A DNA stretch of 64,000 nucleotides from contig JBEIHV010000001.1 of the NCBI GenBank assembly GCA_040381095.1, forward strand, positions 32,951 through 96,950, given 5' to 3'. The first letter of the stretch is position 1; every line of letters begins with the position of its first letter. This DNA is from Caldilineaceae bacterium. Lineage in GTDB: Bacteria; Chloroflexota; Anaerolineae; Caldilineales; Caldilineaceae. Positions 45,928 through 54,330 of this stretch are shown here, in pieces. The translations under genes and the position numbers were made by a program. Under the pieces are notes generated by a model, which was not told where the DNA came from, made no database searches, and saw only the letters and a program-made list of their open reading frames with translations.

Positions 45928-47184
45928 TTACTCGTAGCGTTGAATCAACTGGACGCCCAGCCAGGCACCGGCTGCCAGGCAGAGGGCAAAGACCCAGCCG
46001 TTCAACGCCAGGGAAGGGATAGCGGAGAAGAAGGCGCCGATCGTGCAGCCCATGGCCAGGGTGGCGCCAACGCCCATCAGCAGCCCACCGCCGGCGGCCT
46101 GCCAGTAGCGTCGGGGCTGACGCGGGCGGCGGAGCTTGAACTCTCCCGAAAAGAGTGCTCCCACGAAGGAGCCCATCACCATACCCCAGACCAGAAAGAG
46201 CATGTGGTGCAGCAGCCCTTGTTCGCTGCCGACCTCCAAGGTGCAGCCGGGCAGGTCGGCGGCCCCTTGCAGGGCACCCGGGCCGAAGCCGAGTGCGTTG
46301 CTCAGCCCCAACATCCAGCGCGAGAGTTCGCCGGTGAAGCCCCAGGGGTGGGCGGTGTAGAAAAGCATAACGTTGAGTGCCCCCAGCGCCAGCCCTCCGG
46401 TCACCACCGGCCAGCCGTGCACAAAGATCTGGCGCAGGTTGTCGCCGAGGCGCGTGCGAAAGTCCGGCTCCTCTCGTCCTACAAAGGGGCTTTCGGGGAT
46501 CACAATGCCGCTGCGGCTTTCCCACCAGACGACCGCCAGGTAGGTCCCGAGCAGGGCCAGCAAGGTAAGCCCGAGGGCACCGCCATGCCCGAGATAGGTG
46601 GGGAGCCAGATGCGGGGCCCTTCGGCGATCGAAAAATCCCACCACCAGTTCCAGGTGTAGGCAGTCCCGAGCAGCCCCAGCAGAATTCCCCCAAAGCTGA
46701 CCCAGGAGGCCACGTAGCCTTCTCCCATGCGGTAGACGCTGCCCGAGACGCACCCGCCTGCCACCACCATCCCAAACCCGAAGATTAACCCTCCCAAAAC
46801 CAGGTGCAGCCCGATCGGGAGCACGTTGGCTGTGGGGGGCAGAAATCCCAGGGTGGGATTGGGGATCTGTTTGCTCATGACCAGCCCGAAGCCGACGGTA
46901 GCGACCGCCAGCCCCGCCAGCAGGGCTTTGAGCGTGCGTCCATGCTGCAGCAGAAAAATATCGCGGAAGGCGCTGGCAAAGCAGAGGCGGCTGCGCTGCA
47001 AAACAAAGCCAAAGGCCAGCCCGTATCCCCAAAAGAGCGCCATTTCGGCATCGACGCCAAACGCAGCCAGCCAGATGCCGGCTGCTGCCAGCGTGGCCAG
47101 CAGCCCCCTCTGAAGGTGTCGGGGCAGCGGTTGACCAGCCAGCAGCCCACCACGTTTTTGTCCGAGTCCCAGCAGTGAGTTCAT
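45928..47184 (-). CDS. yeeE: YeeE/YedE-family sulfur (thiosulfate) transport membrane protein
   Basis: The ATG at 47184 follows AGGAGA; the listed ORF starts at 47256. Polytopic, with conserved Cys motifs GGCVSGS, LPGCT and MGCTIGAF. Confidence 0.85.
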   Translation of the reverse strand: MNSLLGLGQKRGGLLAGQPLPRHLQRGLLATLAAAGIWLAAFGVDAEMALFWGYGLAFGFVLQRSRLCFASAFRDIFLLQHGRTLKALLAGLAVATVGFGLVMSKQIPNPTLGFLPPTANVLPIGLHLVLGGLIFGFGMVVAGGCVSGSVYRMGEGYVASWVSFGGILLGLLGTAYTWNWWWDFSIAEGPRIWLPTYLGHGGALGLTLLALLGTYLAVVWWESRSGIVIPESPFVGREEPDFRTRLGDNLRQIFVHGWPVVTGGLALGALNVMLFYTAHPWGFTGELSRWMLGLSNALGFGPGALQGAADLPGCTLEVGSEQGLLHHMLFLVWGMVMGSFVGALFSGEFKLRRPRQPRRYWQAAGGGLLMGVGATLAMGCTIGAFFSAIPSLALNGWVFALCLAAGAWLGVQLIQRYE

Positions 47185-47201
47185 TGCGTTTCTCCTGGTG
47201 T

Positions 47202-48044
47202 TCAGTGGGGGGACGCCCCGGAAGGTTCGATCGGCAGGGCTGGGATCGACTGCCACTCCAGCCAGGAGCCGTCGTAGAGACGGACGCGCGGGTAGCCCAG
47301 GGTGCGCAGCACCCAGTAGGTGTGCGCGGCACGGACACCCGAGCGGCAGTAGGTCACGATTTCTTTGTCGGGCGTAATGCCTGCTTGGACCAGCTCCGCC
47401 CGCAGCTCGTCCGCCGGGCGCATCGCCTCCCAGCCGCCGGGCACTGCACCAAACCAGTCCCAGTGGCGTGCTCCTGGCAGGTGGCCGGCGTTATACTCCT
47501 GTCGACCCCGCGTGTCGACCAGCACAAGATCCGGGTCTTGCAGGCGGTCTTGCAGCCACTCCCACTGTGCCACGGTCTGGTCGGCACTGTGCACCCCAAA
47601 GGTGCCGGTGGCTGGCGCGTCTGCTGCTGCAGTGGCAGGGCGCCCTTCTGCCAGCCATTGGTCCCAGCCGCCGGTGAGCAGCGCAGCCTGCTGGAACCCG
47701 TAGCGTTCCAGCGCCCACAGCAGCCGGGATGCCGGCAGGCCCCAGTTGTCGTCGTAGGCGACCACCGCCATTCCTGGCCGGATCCCCAGCCGGTTCATCG
47801 CTTCGGTAAAGGCCCGGGGGGGGAGCAACATGCCCGGTATCTCGCCGACAGTTTCTCCCAGGGATTCCAGCGTGACCTGCACCGCATGGGGCAGATGGCC
47901 GAACCCAAAATGGGCGGCGTCGCGCACATCCAGCAGCCGCAGCGCCGGGTGCTCCAGATGTTCAGCGACCCAGTCGGTGGTGACCACACGGCCTGGCAGT
48001 ACCAGCTCTGGCGCGACCGCCAGCTGCACATCTTCTTTTTGCAT
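47202..48044 (-). CDS. cytoplasmic two-domain rhodanese (thiosulfate/3-mercaptopyruvate sulfurtransferase family)
   Basis: The ATG at 48044 lies 9 nt after GAGGAGG; the listed ORF extends to 48329 through non-protein-like sequence. The active-site loop is YCRSGVRAAH. Confidence 0.85.
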   Translation of the reverse strand: MQKEDVQLAVAPELVLPGRVVTTDWVAEHLEHPALRLLDVRDAAHFGFGHLPHAVQVTLESLGETVGEIPGMLLPPRAFTEAMNRLGIRPGMAVVAYDDNWGLPASRLLWALERYGFQQAALLTGGWDQWLAEGRPATAAADAPATGTFGVHSADQTVAQWEWLQDRLQDPDLVLVDTRGRQEYNAGHLPGARHWDWFGAVPGGWEAMRPADELRAELVQAGITPDKEIVTYCRSGVRAAHTYWVLRTLGYPRVRLYDGSWLEWQSIPALPIEPSGASPH

Positions 48045-48100
48045 CGACAGCATCCTCCTCAAACATCCATCACGACAGGGCGTACACAGCTGACAACAAC

Positions 48101-48125
48101 AAAAAACCGCCGGAAGATCCGGCGG
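48101..48125 (-). terminator. intrinsic terminator (gene-proximal member of a tandem pair)
   Basis: Read on the minus strand: CCGCCGG-ATCTT-CCGGCGG followed by TTTTTTGTTGTTG. Confidence 0.65.
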
Positions 48126-48137
48126 TGTGTAGAGAAC

Positions 48138-48165
48138 AAAAAAGCGCTCAGGGCTGCTGAGCGCT
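48138..48165 (-). terminator. intrinsic terminator (distal member of a tandem pair)
   Basis: Read on the minus strand: AGCGCTCAG-CAGCC-CTGAGCGCT followed by TTTTTTGTT. Confidence 0.65.
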
Positions 48166-48402
48166 TGGGTCTCGAGCTTGCCCCACCGGACCTGAGGGTT
48201 GCGGAGGCCGGTGAAGTTGGCTGCCAGGCTTTGGCTAGAACATGCTGCGTCCTGCCAAAGCGGTGCCTTCAGGCCTCCGCCATCGACAGTTACAACAACA
48301 GATTGAGACAACAGTGCCAAAATTGGCAAATTTGACAGCCATCATCGTGTACCGCATCGTGTACCGCTGGTCCAAAAGGTTAATCTTTGACAATACGCAG
48401 GA

Positions 48403-48431
48403 AGCATATACGGAGACTGAAGTGCTGTCAA
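48403..48431 (-). promoter_or_regulatory. candidate promoter reading into the structured 48.1-48.4 kb spacer
   Basis: On the minus strand: TTGACA (48431-48426), a 17-nt spacer, then TATGCT (48408-48403). Confidence 0.3.
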
Positions 48432-48480
48432 ATTGGTGCCTCTCCCTCGAAAGGTATTTCGAGGAGGGGCAGCAGAGCTG

Positions 48481-49395
48481 CTAGGCGGAACGATTGGCTG
48501 GCACGCTGTCGAAGCCCAACGGATCGAGGATGCGGTCGAGGTCGGGTGCACGGGTCAGCAATTTTTTAGCCAGATAGAAATTTGTAAGCAGCCGGCCGCT
48601 GGCAAAGAGTGCAGGCGGCTGTTGGGCATGGCGGTCGAAGAGTGGGCGTGCCGTGTCAGCGGTGAACAGTGTGAATCCTTCCAGCATGGAGTGTACGGTG
48701 GGCAGCGGGAGCCCGCTGCGTTCGGCGATCACAGCCAATCCTTCGTCGGGATGCTCCAGGCCCCAGGCGGTTGCCTGCTCATGGGCGTGGATCAGGGCGG
48801 TCCAGCGGTCGAGGTTTTGTGCGACAGTGGCGGGGGGGGCGACCAGGCAGTCTACCAACAGCCCAGGGAAGGCTGCGCTGGTGAAGAGCAGGTGCGCGCC
48901 TTGGGCGATCGCTTCGGGGATATGGGTTCCCCAGGTATGGCCGGCGTCGATCGTCCCGCGGGCCAACGCCTCTGGCACTCGTTCTCCGCGCAGATCTACC
49001 AGCTCGACGTCGGCTTCGGTCAGCCCCTGTGTGGAGAGCACCTGTTCGATCAGGACATGTGGGTAAGAAAACAGCGACAGCCCCAGTCGTTTGCCTGCCA
49101 ACTCCTGGATGGTACGGATGTGGGGCTGGCAGACCACCCCGTCCACCCCGACACTGAGATCGCTGGCCATCAGCAGGCGCAGCTCGACCCCCCGGCCGGC
49201 CATCAGCAAGACGTCGGCCAGCGACTGAAAATTGCCGTCGATCTCGCCGGTGGCGAGGAGTTCCAGCGTCTGGTCGTATTCGGCCACGTCGACGATTTCA
49301 AACCCTGCGGGCAGCAGCCCCAGGGCTTCCATCCAGTAGAGCGGGAAGAGGCCTGCCCACAGGGTGCGCGCGACCCGCAAAGAAGTTTTTTGCAT
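48481..49395 (-). CDS. NMT1/THI5/SsuA-like substrate-binding-fold protein without a signal peptide
   Basis: 304 aa. Periplasmic-binding-protein type II pattern (GEIDG.., LAGKRLG.., ALARGTIDAGHTW). The N-terminus is not signal-peptide-like. Confidence 0.65.
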   Translation of the reverse strand: MQKTSLRVARTLWAGLFPLYWMEALGLLPAGFEIVDVAEYDQTLELLATGEIDGNFQSLADVLLMAGRGVELRLLMASDLSVGVDGVVCQPHIRTIQELAGKRLGLSLFSYPHVLIEQVLSTQGLTEADVELVDLRGERVPEALARGTIDAGHTWGTHIPEAIAQGAHLLFTSAAFPGLLVDCLVAPPATVAQNLDRWTALIHAHEQATAWGLEHPDEGLAVIAERSGLPLPTVHSMLEGFTLFTADTARPLFDRHAQQPPALFASGRLLTNFYLAKKLLTRAPDLDRILDPLGFDSVPANRSA

Positions 49396-49402
49396 TGGAG
49401 AC

Positions 49403-50092
49403 TCACATAAATTCCAGGGTAGCGACCAATTTTTTTTCGTACCATATGGTATGGTGGTACATTGCCCGGTGAGCGCCTTCGGGGTCGTGCCGTTGCAGCG
49501 CTTCCAAAATCTCGTGATGTTGGCGGGCGGAGTCGACGACCGGCGCCTCGTCTACGTTCCACAAAAGTGTCCGAATGCGCATGATCTGTTCTTCCAGCGC
49601 AAGGATGATGTCGCGCAGATAGCGGTTGCCGGCAATCGCATAGAGCTGGCCGTGGAATTGGTCGCCCAGATCGCGGCAGCGGTCGTACTGGCCCGCTTCG
49701 AGCGCTGCATCGGCGGCGGCCAGGATTTCGGCCAGGGCGTGCAGCTGGTCGGACGTCGCGTTGGCCGCCGCCCGGCTGGCGGCATGTGCCTCCAGCACGG
49801 CTTCGGTCTCGACAATGTCGAGCAGGGTCTGGGAAGAGGGGAGCAGGACCTGTGCCCCCCGCCGACCGTCGATCCGCAGCCAGCCCTCCCGTTCCAACCG
49901 AATAAACGCCTCGCGCACAGGGGTCGGGCTGATCCCATACCTGGCAGCCACCTCGCGAATCACGAGATACTCGCGCGGTTTGATTCCCAATGAGAGGATC
50001 TCTTGTTTCAAGACGGTGAACACTTTGTCGGCCAGGCTCATGCCATCCTCGCCGGGCAGTGCATGGGTGGATTCCATAGAACAAAGATCCAA
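49403..50092 (-). CDS. GntR-family (FadR/FCD subfamily) transcriptional regulator
   Basis: wHTH LVIREVAARYGISPTPVREAFIRLEREGWL, plus an all-helical FCD-type C-terminal domain. Confidence 0.88.
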   Translation of the reverse strand: MDLCSMESTHALPGEDGMSLADKVFTVLKQEILSLGIKPREYLVIREVAARYGISPTPVREAFIRLEREGWLRIDGRRGAQVLLPSSQTLLDIVETEAVLEAHAASRAAANATSDQLHALAEILAAADAALEAGQYDRCRDLGDQFHGQLYAIAGNRYLRDIILALEEQIMRIRTLLWNVDEAPVVDSARQHHEILEALQRHDPEGAHRAMYHHTIWYEKKLVATLEFM

Positions 50093-50095
50093 TCG

Positions 50096-51022
50096 TTAAT
50101 CGCTGTGACGGTCTGCAGTCGGGGCCGTGCTTTCAACCTGGGCACGGACGTAGGCCGCGATGTCGGCATAGGTCGCCCACCAGACGTCGTCGAACGATTT
50201 CATATGGCTGAAAAGACGGTGCAGCATCCGGATGCGCGACGGCCGTCCCAGAAGATTGGGATGAAATGTGGTGGTAAAGAGCCCTCCGTAGAAACGCAGC
50301 CCTTCAAATTCGTCCCGCCAGATTTGGTAGGCATGGTCGACCGGGGCGTTGACACCACCTCCGTTGGGAAAGAGCGAGCCGCCGAAGAGTTCCCAGTCGT
50401 CCAGGATCATGCTGATCGGGAGTTCGACCAGCGAACCGCGCGGGGTCTCCACCAAATAGGGGGTATCGTATTCCATGAGGCTGCTGTCGTACAACATTCC
50501 CATTTCGATCAGGATGTCCAGCGTGGAGGCGCGCAGGCCCCATCCGGGCGCGCTCCAGCCGGCAGGGCGTTGTCCGGTCAATTCGGTGAGAATTTGGCTT
50601 CCGCGCTGGAAGACGCTGCGTTCTTCTGCTTCGTCGAGGGTGAAGACATTTTCATGCAGATAGCCATGGTGTGCGACTTCGTAGCCGGCGGCCACCACCT
50701 GCCGGACCGACTCGGGATGCAGCTCGGCGACATAGCCAGGGATAAAAAACGAGGCCGGGACTTCCAGTTCGCGGTGCAGGTCGAGCAGCCGTGGCAGGGC
50801 AGTTGAGAGGCCGTAGGCTCCTTCGGAGAGTGCAGCCAGGTGGTGGGCGTTGCGCGGGTCGCCGGCGATCGGGGCCGATTCGCCGTCGACATGCCAGCCG
50901 ATGGCGACCGCACAGCGTTTGCCCTCGGGCCAGTGAAAGTTGGGCAGGCGGTGGATTTGATAGGGTCGGTCTTGTCGTTGCATACGAACAGATTCCTGCA
51001 ATTTGTTTTGAATAAAAAACAT
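50096..51022 (-). CDS. polysaccharide-deacetylase-fold hydrolase (PuuE-like)
   Basis: WPEGKRCAVAIGWHVDGE, FFIPGYVAE and EVAHHGYLHE are NodB-fold motifs. The ATG at 51022 overlaps the upstream stop (TGATG). Confidence 0.78.
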   Translation of the reverse strand: MFFIQNKLQESVRMQRQDRPYQIHRLPNFHWPEGKRCAVAIGWHVDGESAPIAGDPRNAHHLAALSEGAYGLSTALPRLLDLHRELEVPASFFIPGYVAELHPESVRQVVAAGYEVAHHGYLHENVFTLDEAEERSVFQRGSQILTELTGQRPAGWSAPGWGLRASTLDILIEMGMLYDSSLMEYDTPYLVETPRGSLVELPISMILDDWELFGGSLFPNGGGVNAPVDHAYQIWRDEFEGLRFYGGLFTTTFHPNLLGRPSRIRMLHRLFSHMKSFDDVWWATYADIAAYVRAQVESTAPTADRHSD

Positions 51023-51729
51023 CAACGGGTTTCAGGTGTGGACAGGGCAGTCCCAAAGGCGAAGACTTTGTTTTCCAGATATTTAGACAGCCAGGAGAGC
51101 GCGCCGATCACCAGCATATAGAGAACTGCCACTTCGAGCAGCACTTCTACAAAATAGAAGGTATTGTAGATAATGGCGTTGCCCACCTTGGTCAGCTCGT
51201 TGACTGCGATCACGGAGAGCAGCGCCGACGCTTTGATCACGTTGATCAGCTCGTTGGTCAAGGCAGGAAGCATGCGGCGGGTCGCCTGCGGCAGCAGAAT
51301 CAGCCAAAACGCCATCGGCTCGGTCATGCCCTGTGCCAGCGCGGCTTCGCGCTGCCCCTTGTGCACCGACTCGATCGCAGCGCGCACAATCTCGACTTCG
51401 TAGCCGACTGCGATCACCGTCAGCGCCACCACCCCAGTCCAGTATTCGTCCAGAAGGATCCCTACGCCAGGCAGGGCAAAGTAAACGACCAGAAAATGGA
51501 GAATCTGGGGGGTGCCCCGAATATAGCTGACCAGTCCCTGGATGAGCAGCTGCACCGGGCGGGGGCCGATCACCCGCAGCCCGCCCAGCGGGATGCCCAG
51601 CACGATTCCCAGCAGCAGCGCCAGTGCGCTGATCTGGATGGTGACCAGCAGGGCTTGCACCATGCGCGGAAAAATTTCGACCATAAAACGCACGTCGAGG
51701 CCAGCAAAGAACAGCGGTGTGTCCTCCAT
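51022..51729 (-). CDS. amino-acid ABC transporter permease (HisMQ/GlnP type)
   Basis: 235 aa with 5 TM helices. EAA-loop region ESVHKGQREAALAQGM. Confidence 0.88.
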   Translation of the reverse strand: MEDTPLFFAGLDVRFMVEIFPRMVQALLVTIQISALALLLGIVLGIPLGGLRVIGPRPVQLLIQGLVSYIRGTPQILHFLVVYFALPGVGILLDEYWTGVVALTVIAVGYEVEIVRAAIESVHKGQREAALAQGMTEPMAFWLILLPQATRRMLPALTNELINVIKASALLSVIAVNELTKVGNAIIYNTFYFVEVLLEVAVLYMLVIGALSWLSKYLENKVFAFGTALSTPETR

Positions 51730-52535
51730 CAGAGAGCTCCTGGCGAAAAATAGTTCAAAAAGGCCTGGGTGCTGGGATGCTGGGGCTTGTCAAAAATTTG
51801 CTCGGGGGTGCCGACTTCGACGATTCGTCCTTCCTCCAAAAAGCCGACCGTGTCGGCGACCTGGCGGGCGAACCCGAGCTCGTGGGTGACGACGAGCATG
51901 GTGGTCTGTTCTCTGGCCAGCTCCAGCATCACCTCCAGCACCTCGCGTGTGAGCCGGGGGTCGAGCGCCGACGTGGGCTCGTCGAAGAGCATCAGCTTGG
52001 GCTCCATCGCCAGCGCTCGGGCAATCGCCACCCGTTGCTGCTGCCCGCCAGAGAGCTGCGCCGGCAGTTTGTGTTCGTGGCCAGCCAGATGGACTTTGGC
52101 CAGCAGCTGGCGTGCCCGTTCGCGTGCCACAGCTTTGGGGCGTTTGAGGATCCACTGCGGGCCCAGCGCAACGTTGTCGAGCGCGCTCAGATGGGCAAAG
52201 AGGTTGAAGGATTGAAAGACCATGCCGATGTGGCGGCGCTGGCGGGCCAGCTCGCCGCCGCTGGCCTTGATCCAACGCCCGTCGGCGGCAAAACGCCCGC
52301 CCATAAACTCGCCGTCCAGCCAGATGGTCCCTTGGTCGGGCACCTCCATGTGGTTGATGCAGCGCAGGAGCGTACTTTTGCCCGAGCCCGAAGAGCCGAT
52401 CAGCACCACCCGCTCGCCGCGGCGCACGGTCAACGAAGCGTCGACCAGCGCAGCGGTCGTGCCAAACCGTTTGTGCAAATGTTCGATGCGCAACAGCACC
52501 TCTTCGCTGCTGTTTCCCCCATCCATCGTTTCCAT
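51729..52535 (-). CDS. amino-acid ABC transporter ATP-binding protein (GlnQ type)
   Basis: Walker A GSSGSGKST, signature [15 protein letters not shown], Walker B LMLFDEPTSALD. Confidence 0.93.
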   Translation of the reverse strand: METMDGGNSSEEVLLRIEHLHKRFGTTAALVDASLTVRRGERVVLIGSSGSGKSTLLRCINHMEVPDQGTIWLDGEFMGGRFAADGRWIKASGGELARQRRHIGMVFQSFNLFAHLSALDNVALGPQWILKRPKAVARERARQLLAKVHLAGHEHKLPAQLSGGQQQRVAIARALAMEPKLMLFDEPTSALDPRLTREVLEVMLELAREQTTMLVVTHELGFARQVADTVGFLEEGRIVEVGTPEQIFDKPQHPSTQAFLNYFSPGAL

Positions 52536-52579
52536 GCTCCTTTCGAAGCAGTGGACAGCCCTGGCCGCGGTTTGGGCGT

Positions 52580-53269
52580 TCAGATCGGCTGGCCGCTGCG
52601 ATAGGTAAAGATCCGCCGTTCCAGATAGGCAGCCCCCCAGCTCAGCAGCTGAATCGTCACAAAGTAGAGCGCTGCCACCAGGATCAACACCTCGGCAAAT
52701 TTATAGGAAGAGGCGATGATCGCATGTCCGGCGCGTGTCAGTTCGTAGACTGCGATGACCGAGAGCACCGACGAGGCTTTGACCAGGTTGGCCAACTCAT
52801 TGGTCAGCGGCGGGACCATCCGCCGCGCCGCCTGCGGCAAAATGACCAACCACATCGCCAGCCAGCGGGTCATCCCCAGTGAATCTGCCGCCTCCCGCTG
52901 CTCTTTGTCGACTGATTCCAGCGCAGGACGGACTATCTCGATCTGGTAGCCGACTGAGTTGAAGAGCAGCGCAAGAACCCCGACCACAAACAGGGGCAGG
53001 TCGATGCCTGCCCTGGGCAGAAGAAAAAAGGCGGCGTAGACCTGCAGCGCAAAGGGTGTGCTGCGCACCACAAAAATGTACCCGTCGATCACCGGGTAGA
53101 AAAGACGAGGACCGATCACCCGTGCAATGCCCAACAGCACCCCAAAAACAGTGCCAAGCAGCAGGGCAAGCACGCTGATTTGGATCGTGGTGGCCAGGGC
53201 CCGCAGCAATCTGGGCAGGATTTCCCCCATAAAGCCGATGTCCATTGGCGGTTGGTGCCCTCCGTTCAA
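52580..53269 (-). CDS. amino-acid ABC transporter permease (HisMQ/GlnP type)
   Basis: 229 aa. EAA-loop region ESVDKEQREAADSLGM. Paralogous to the 51022..51729 gene. Confidence 0.88.
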   Translation of the reverse strand: MNGGHQPPMDIGFMGEILPRLLRALATTIQISVLALLLGTVFGVLLGIARVIGPRLFYPVIDGYIFVVRSTPFALQVYAAFFLLPRAGIDLPLFVVGVLALLFNSVGYQIEIVRPALESVDKEQREAADSLGMTRWLAMWLVILPQAARRMVPPLTNELANLVKASSVLSVIAVYELTRAGHAIIASSYKFAEVLILVAALYFVTIQLLSWGAAYLERRIFTYRSGQPI

Positions 53270-53329
53270 AAGTCAAAGCGGGCGTCGCCGGCCAGCCAGG
53301 CGACACCCGCACGTGCACGCAGAACGCTT

Positions 53330-54208
53330 TTACTCTGTCCAGACCGGTGGGTCGTTGGGTAGAGAGAAGCTCTGGCCAAACCATTTGAGCTGCAATTCAG
53401 CCAACGTCCCATCTTCTTTCATCGCAATCATCAAGCCGTTGAAGACTGCACGCAGCGTCTGGTCTTCTTTGCGGAAGGCTGCTGCAGAATACTCTGCGGG
53501 CCAGGCATCTGACTTGAAGGGGACGACGGTGAACCCTGGGTTTTGGCTGGCCCAGTCGAGCAGGCTGACAATGCTGCTGGCATAGGCGTCGGCCCGTCCA
53601 GTCTTGATCGCCTCGTAGGCTGCGGCATCGTCGTCGAAGGTGCGAATTTCACCGTCGTAGGCGATCCCCAACTCGGCCGCAGTGTCTTCCAGCTGTTTCA
53701 CCGAAGGGGTTCCTTCCCCTGCTGCCACGATGCGCCCGTTCAGATCCTGGCGTTCAGCAATCCCGTCGTCGCTGCGCACCAACAGGCCGGAGCTGCCATC
53801 CATATATGGGACGGAAAAATCGACCCGTTTGTACCGTTCTGCAGTGGCAGTCATGCCGCCCAGGATGAAATCAAACTGGCCATCGTAAAGGCTTTGGATG
53901 ACTGCCCCCCAGCTGGTGTCGACCGGGCGAGCCTCGACCCCCATGCGCTTCGCCATTTCATTGGCGATGTCGATATCGTAGCCGATGATCTGGTCGTTTT
54001 CGTCCCGGAACTCGAAAGGACGATACTGTGCTTCCAGCCCATAGGTGAAGTACCCTTGCTGATAGATCTTCATGAGCGTCGCGTTGGTCTCTGCCGTGTT
54101 CGCCGGCAGTGCAGCCTGTGGGGATTGCACCGCTGTACAACCAGCCAGTACAGCAAGCAAGGCCAAGAGAACACAAAATTGCGATAAATTTATCTTTGCT
54201 CTGTACAT
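53330..54208 (-). CDS. amino-acid ABC transporter substrate-binding lipoprotein
   Basis: The ATG at 54208 lies 5 nt after AAGGAG; the listed ORF starts at 54235. Lipobox LAGC. Family-3 SBP pattern (YRPFEF.DENDQIIGYDIDIA, GQFDFILGGMT). Confidence 0.88.
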   Translation of the reverse strand: MYRAKINLSQFCVLLALLAVLAGCTAVQSPQAALPANTAETNATLMKIYQQGYFTYGLEAQYRPFEFRDENDQIIGYDIDIANEMAKRMGVEARPVDTSWGAVIQSLYDGQFDFILGGMTATAERYKRVDFSVPYMDGSSGLLVRSDDGIAERQDLNGRIVAAGEGTPSVKQLEDTAAELGIAYDGEIRTFDDDAAAYEAIKTGRADAYASSIVSLLDWASQNPGFTVVPFKSDAWPAEYSAAAFRKEDQTLRAVFNGLMIAMKEDGTLAELQLKWFGQSFSLPNDPPVWTE

Positions 54209-54330
54209 CGTAGCTCCTTGTGGTCGAAAAAGCAAACGGCCTTCGAATGGTGCAGGTCTGGTGAAGAGGGTGGGAGCGGCGCCGCTGGCTGGCCAAACGG
54301 CGGTCGTGTCCAGCTCTCGCCAGCGAGGGG

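Noticed and set aside
48170-48290. A possible SRP RNA, SAM-I/SAM-IV riboswitch or T-box in the structured spacer (CAGGUCCGGUGGGGCAAGC; GCAACCCUC..GGUGGGG; GGTAC repeats).
   Set aside because: - The SRP domain IV would have to be at the hairpin apex and carry a GNAR loop; neither holds.
- The SAM-I hallmarks (AUCAAGAG, GGUGCUAA and the closing AGAU.AG) are absent.
- No T-box AGGGUGGUACCGCG sequence or antiterminator pairing was found.

I report it only as an unclassified structured leader.
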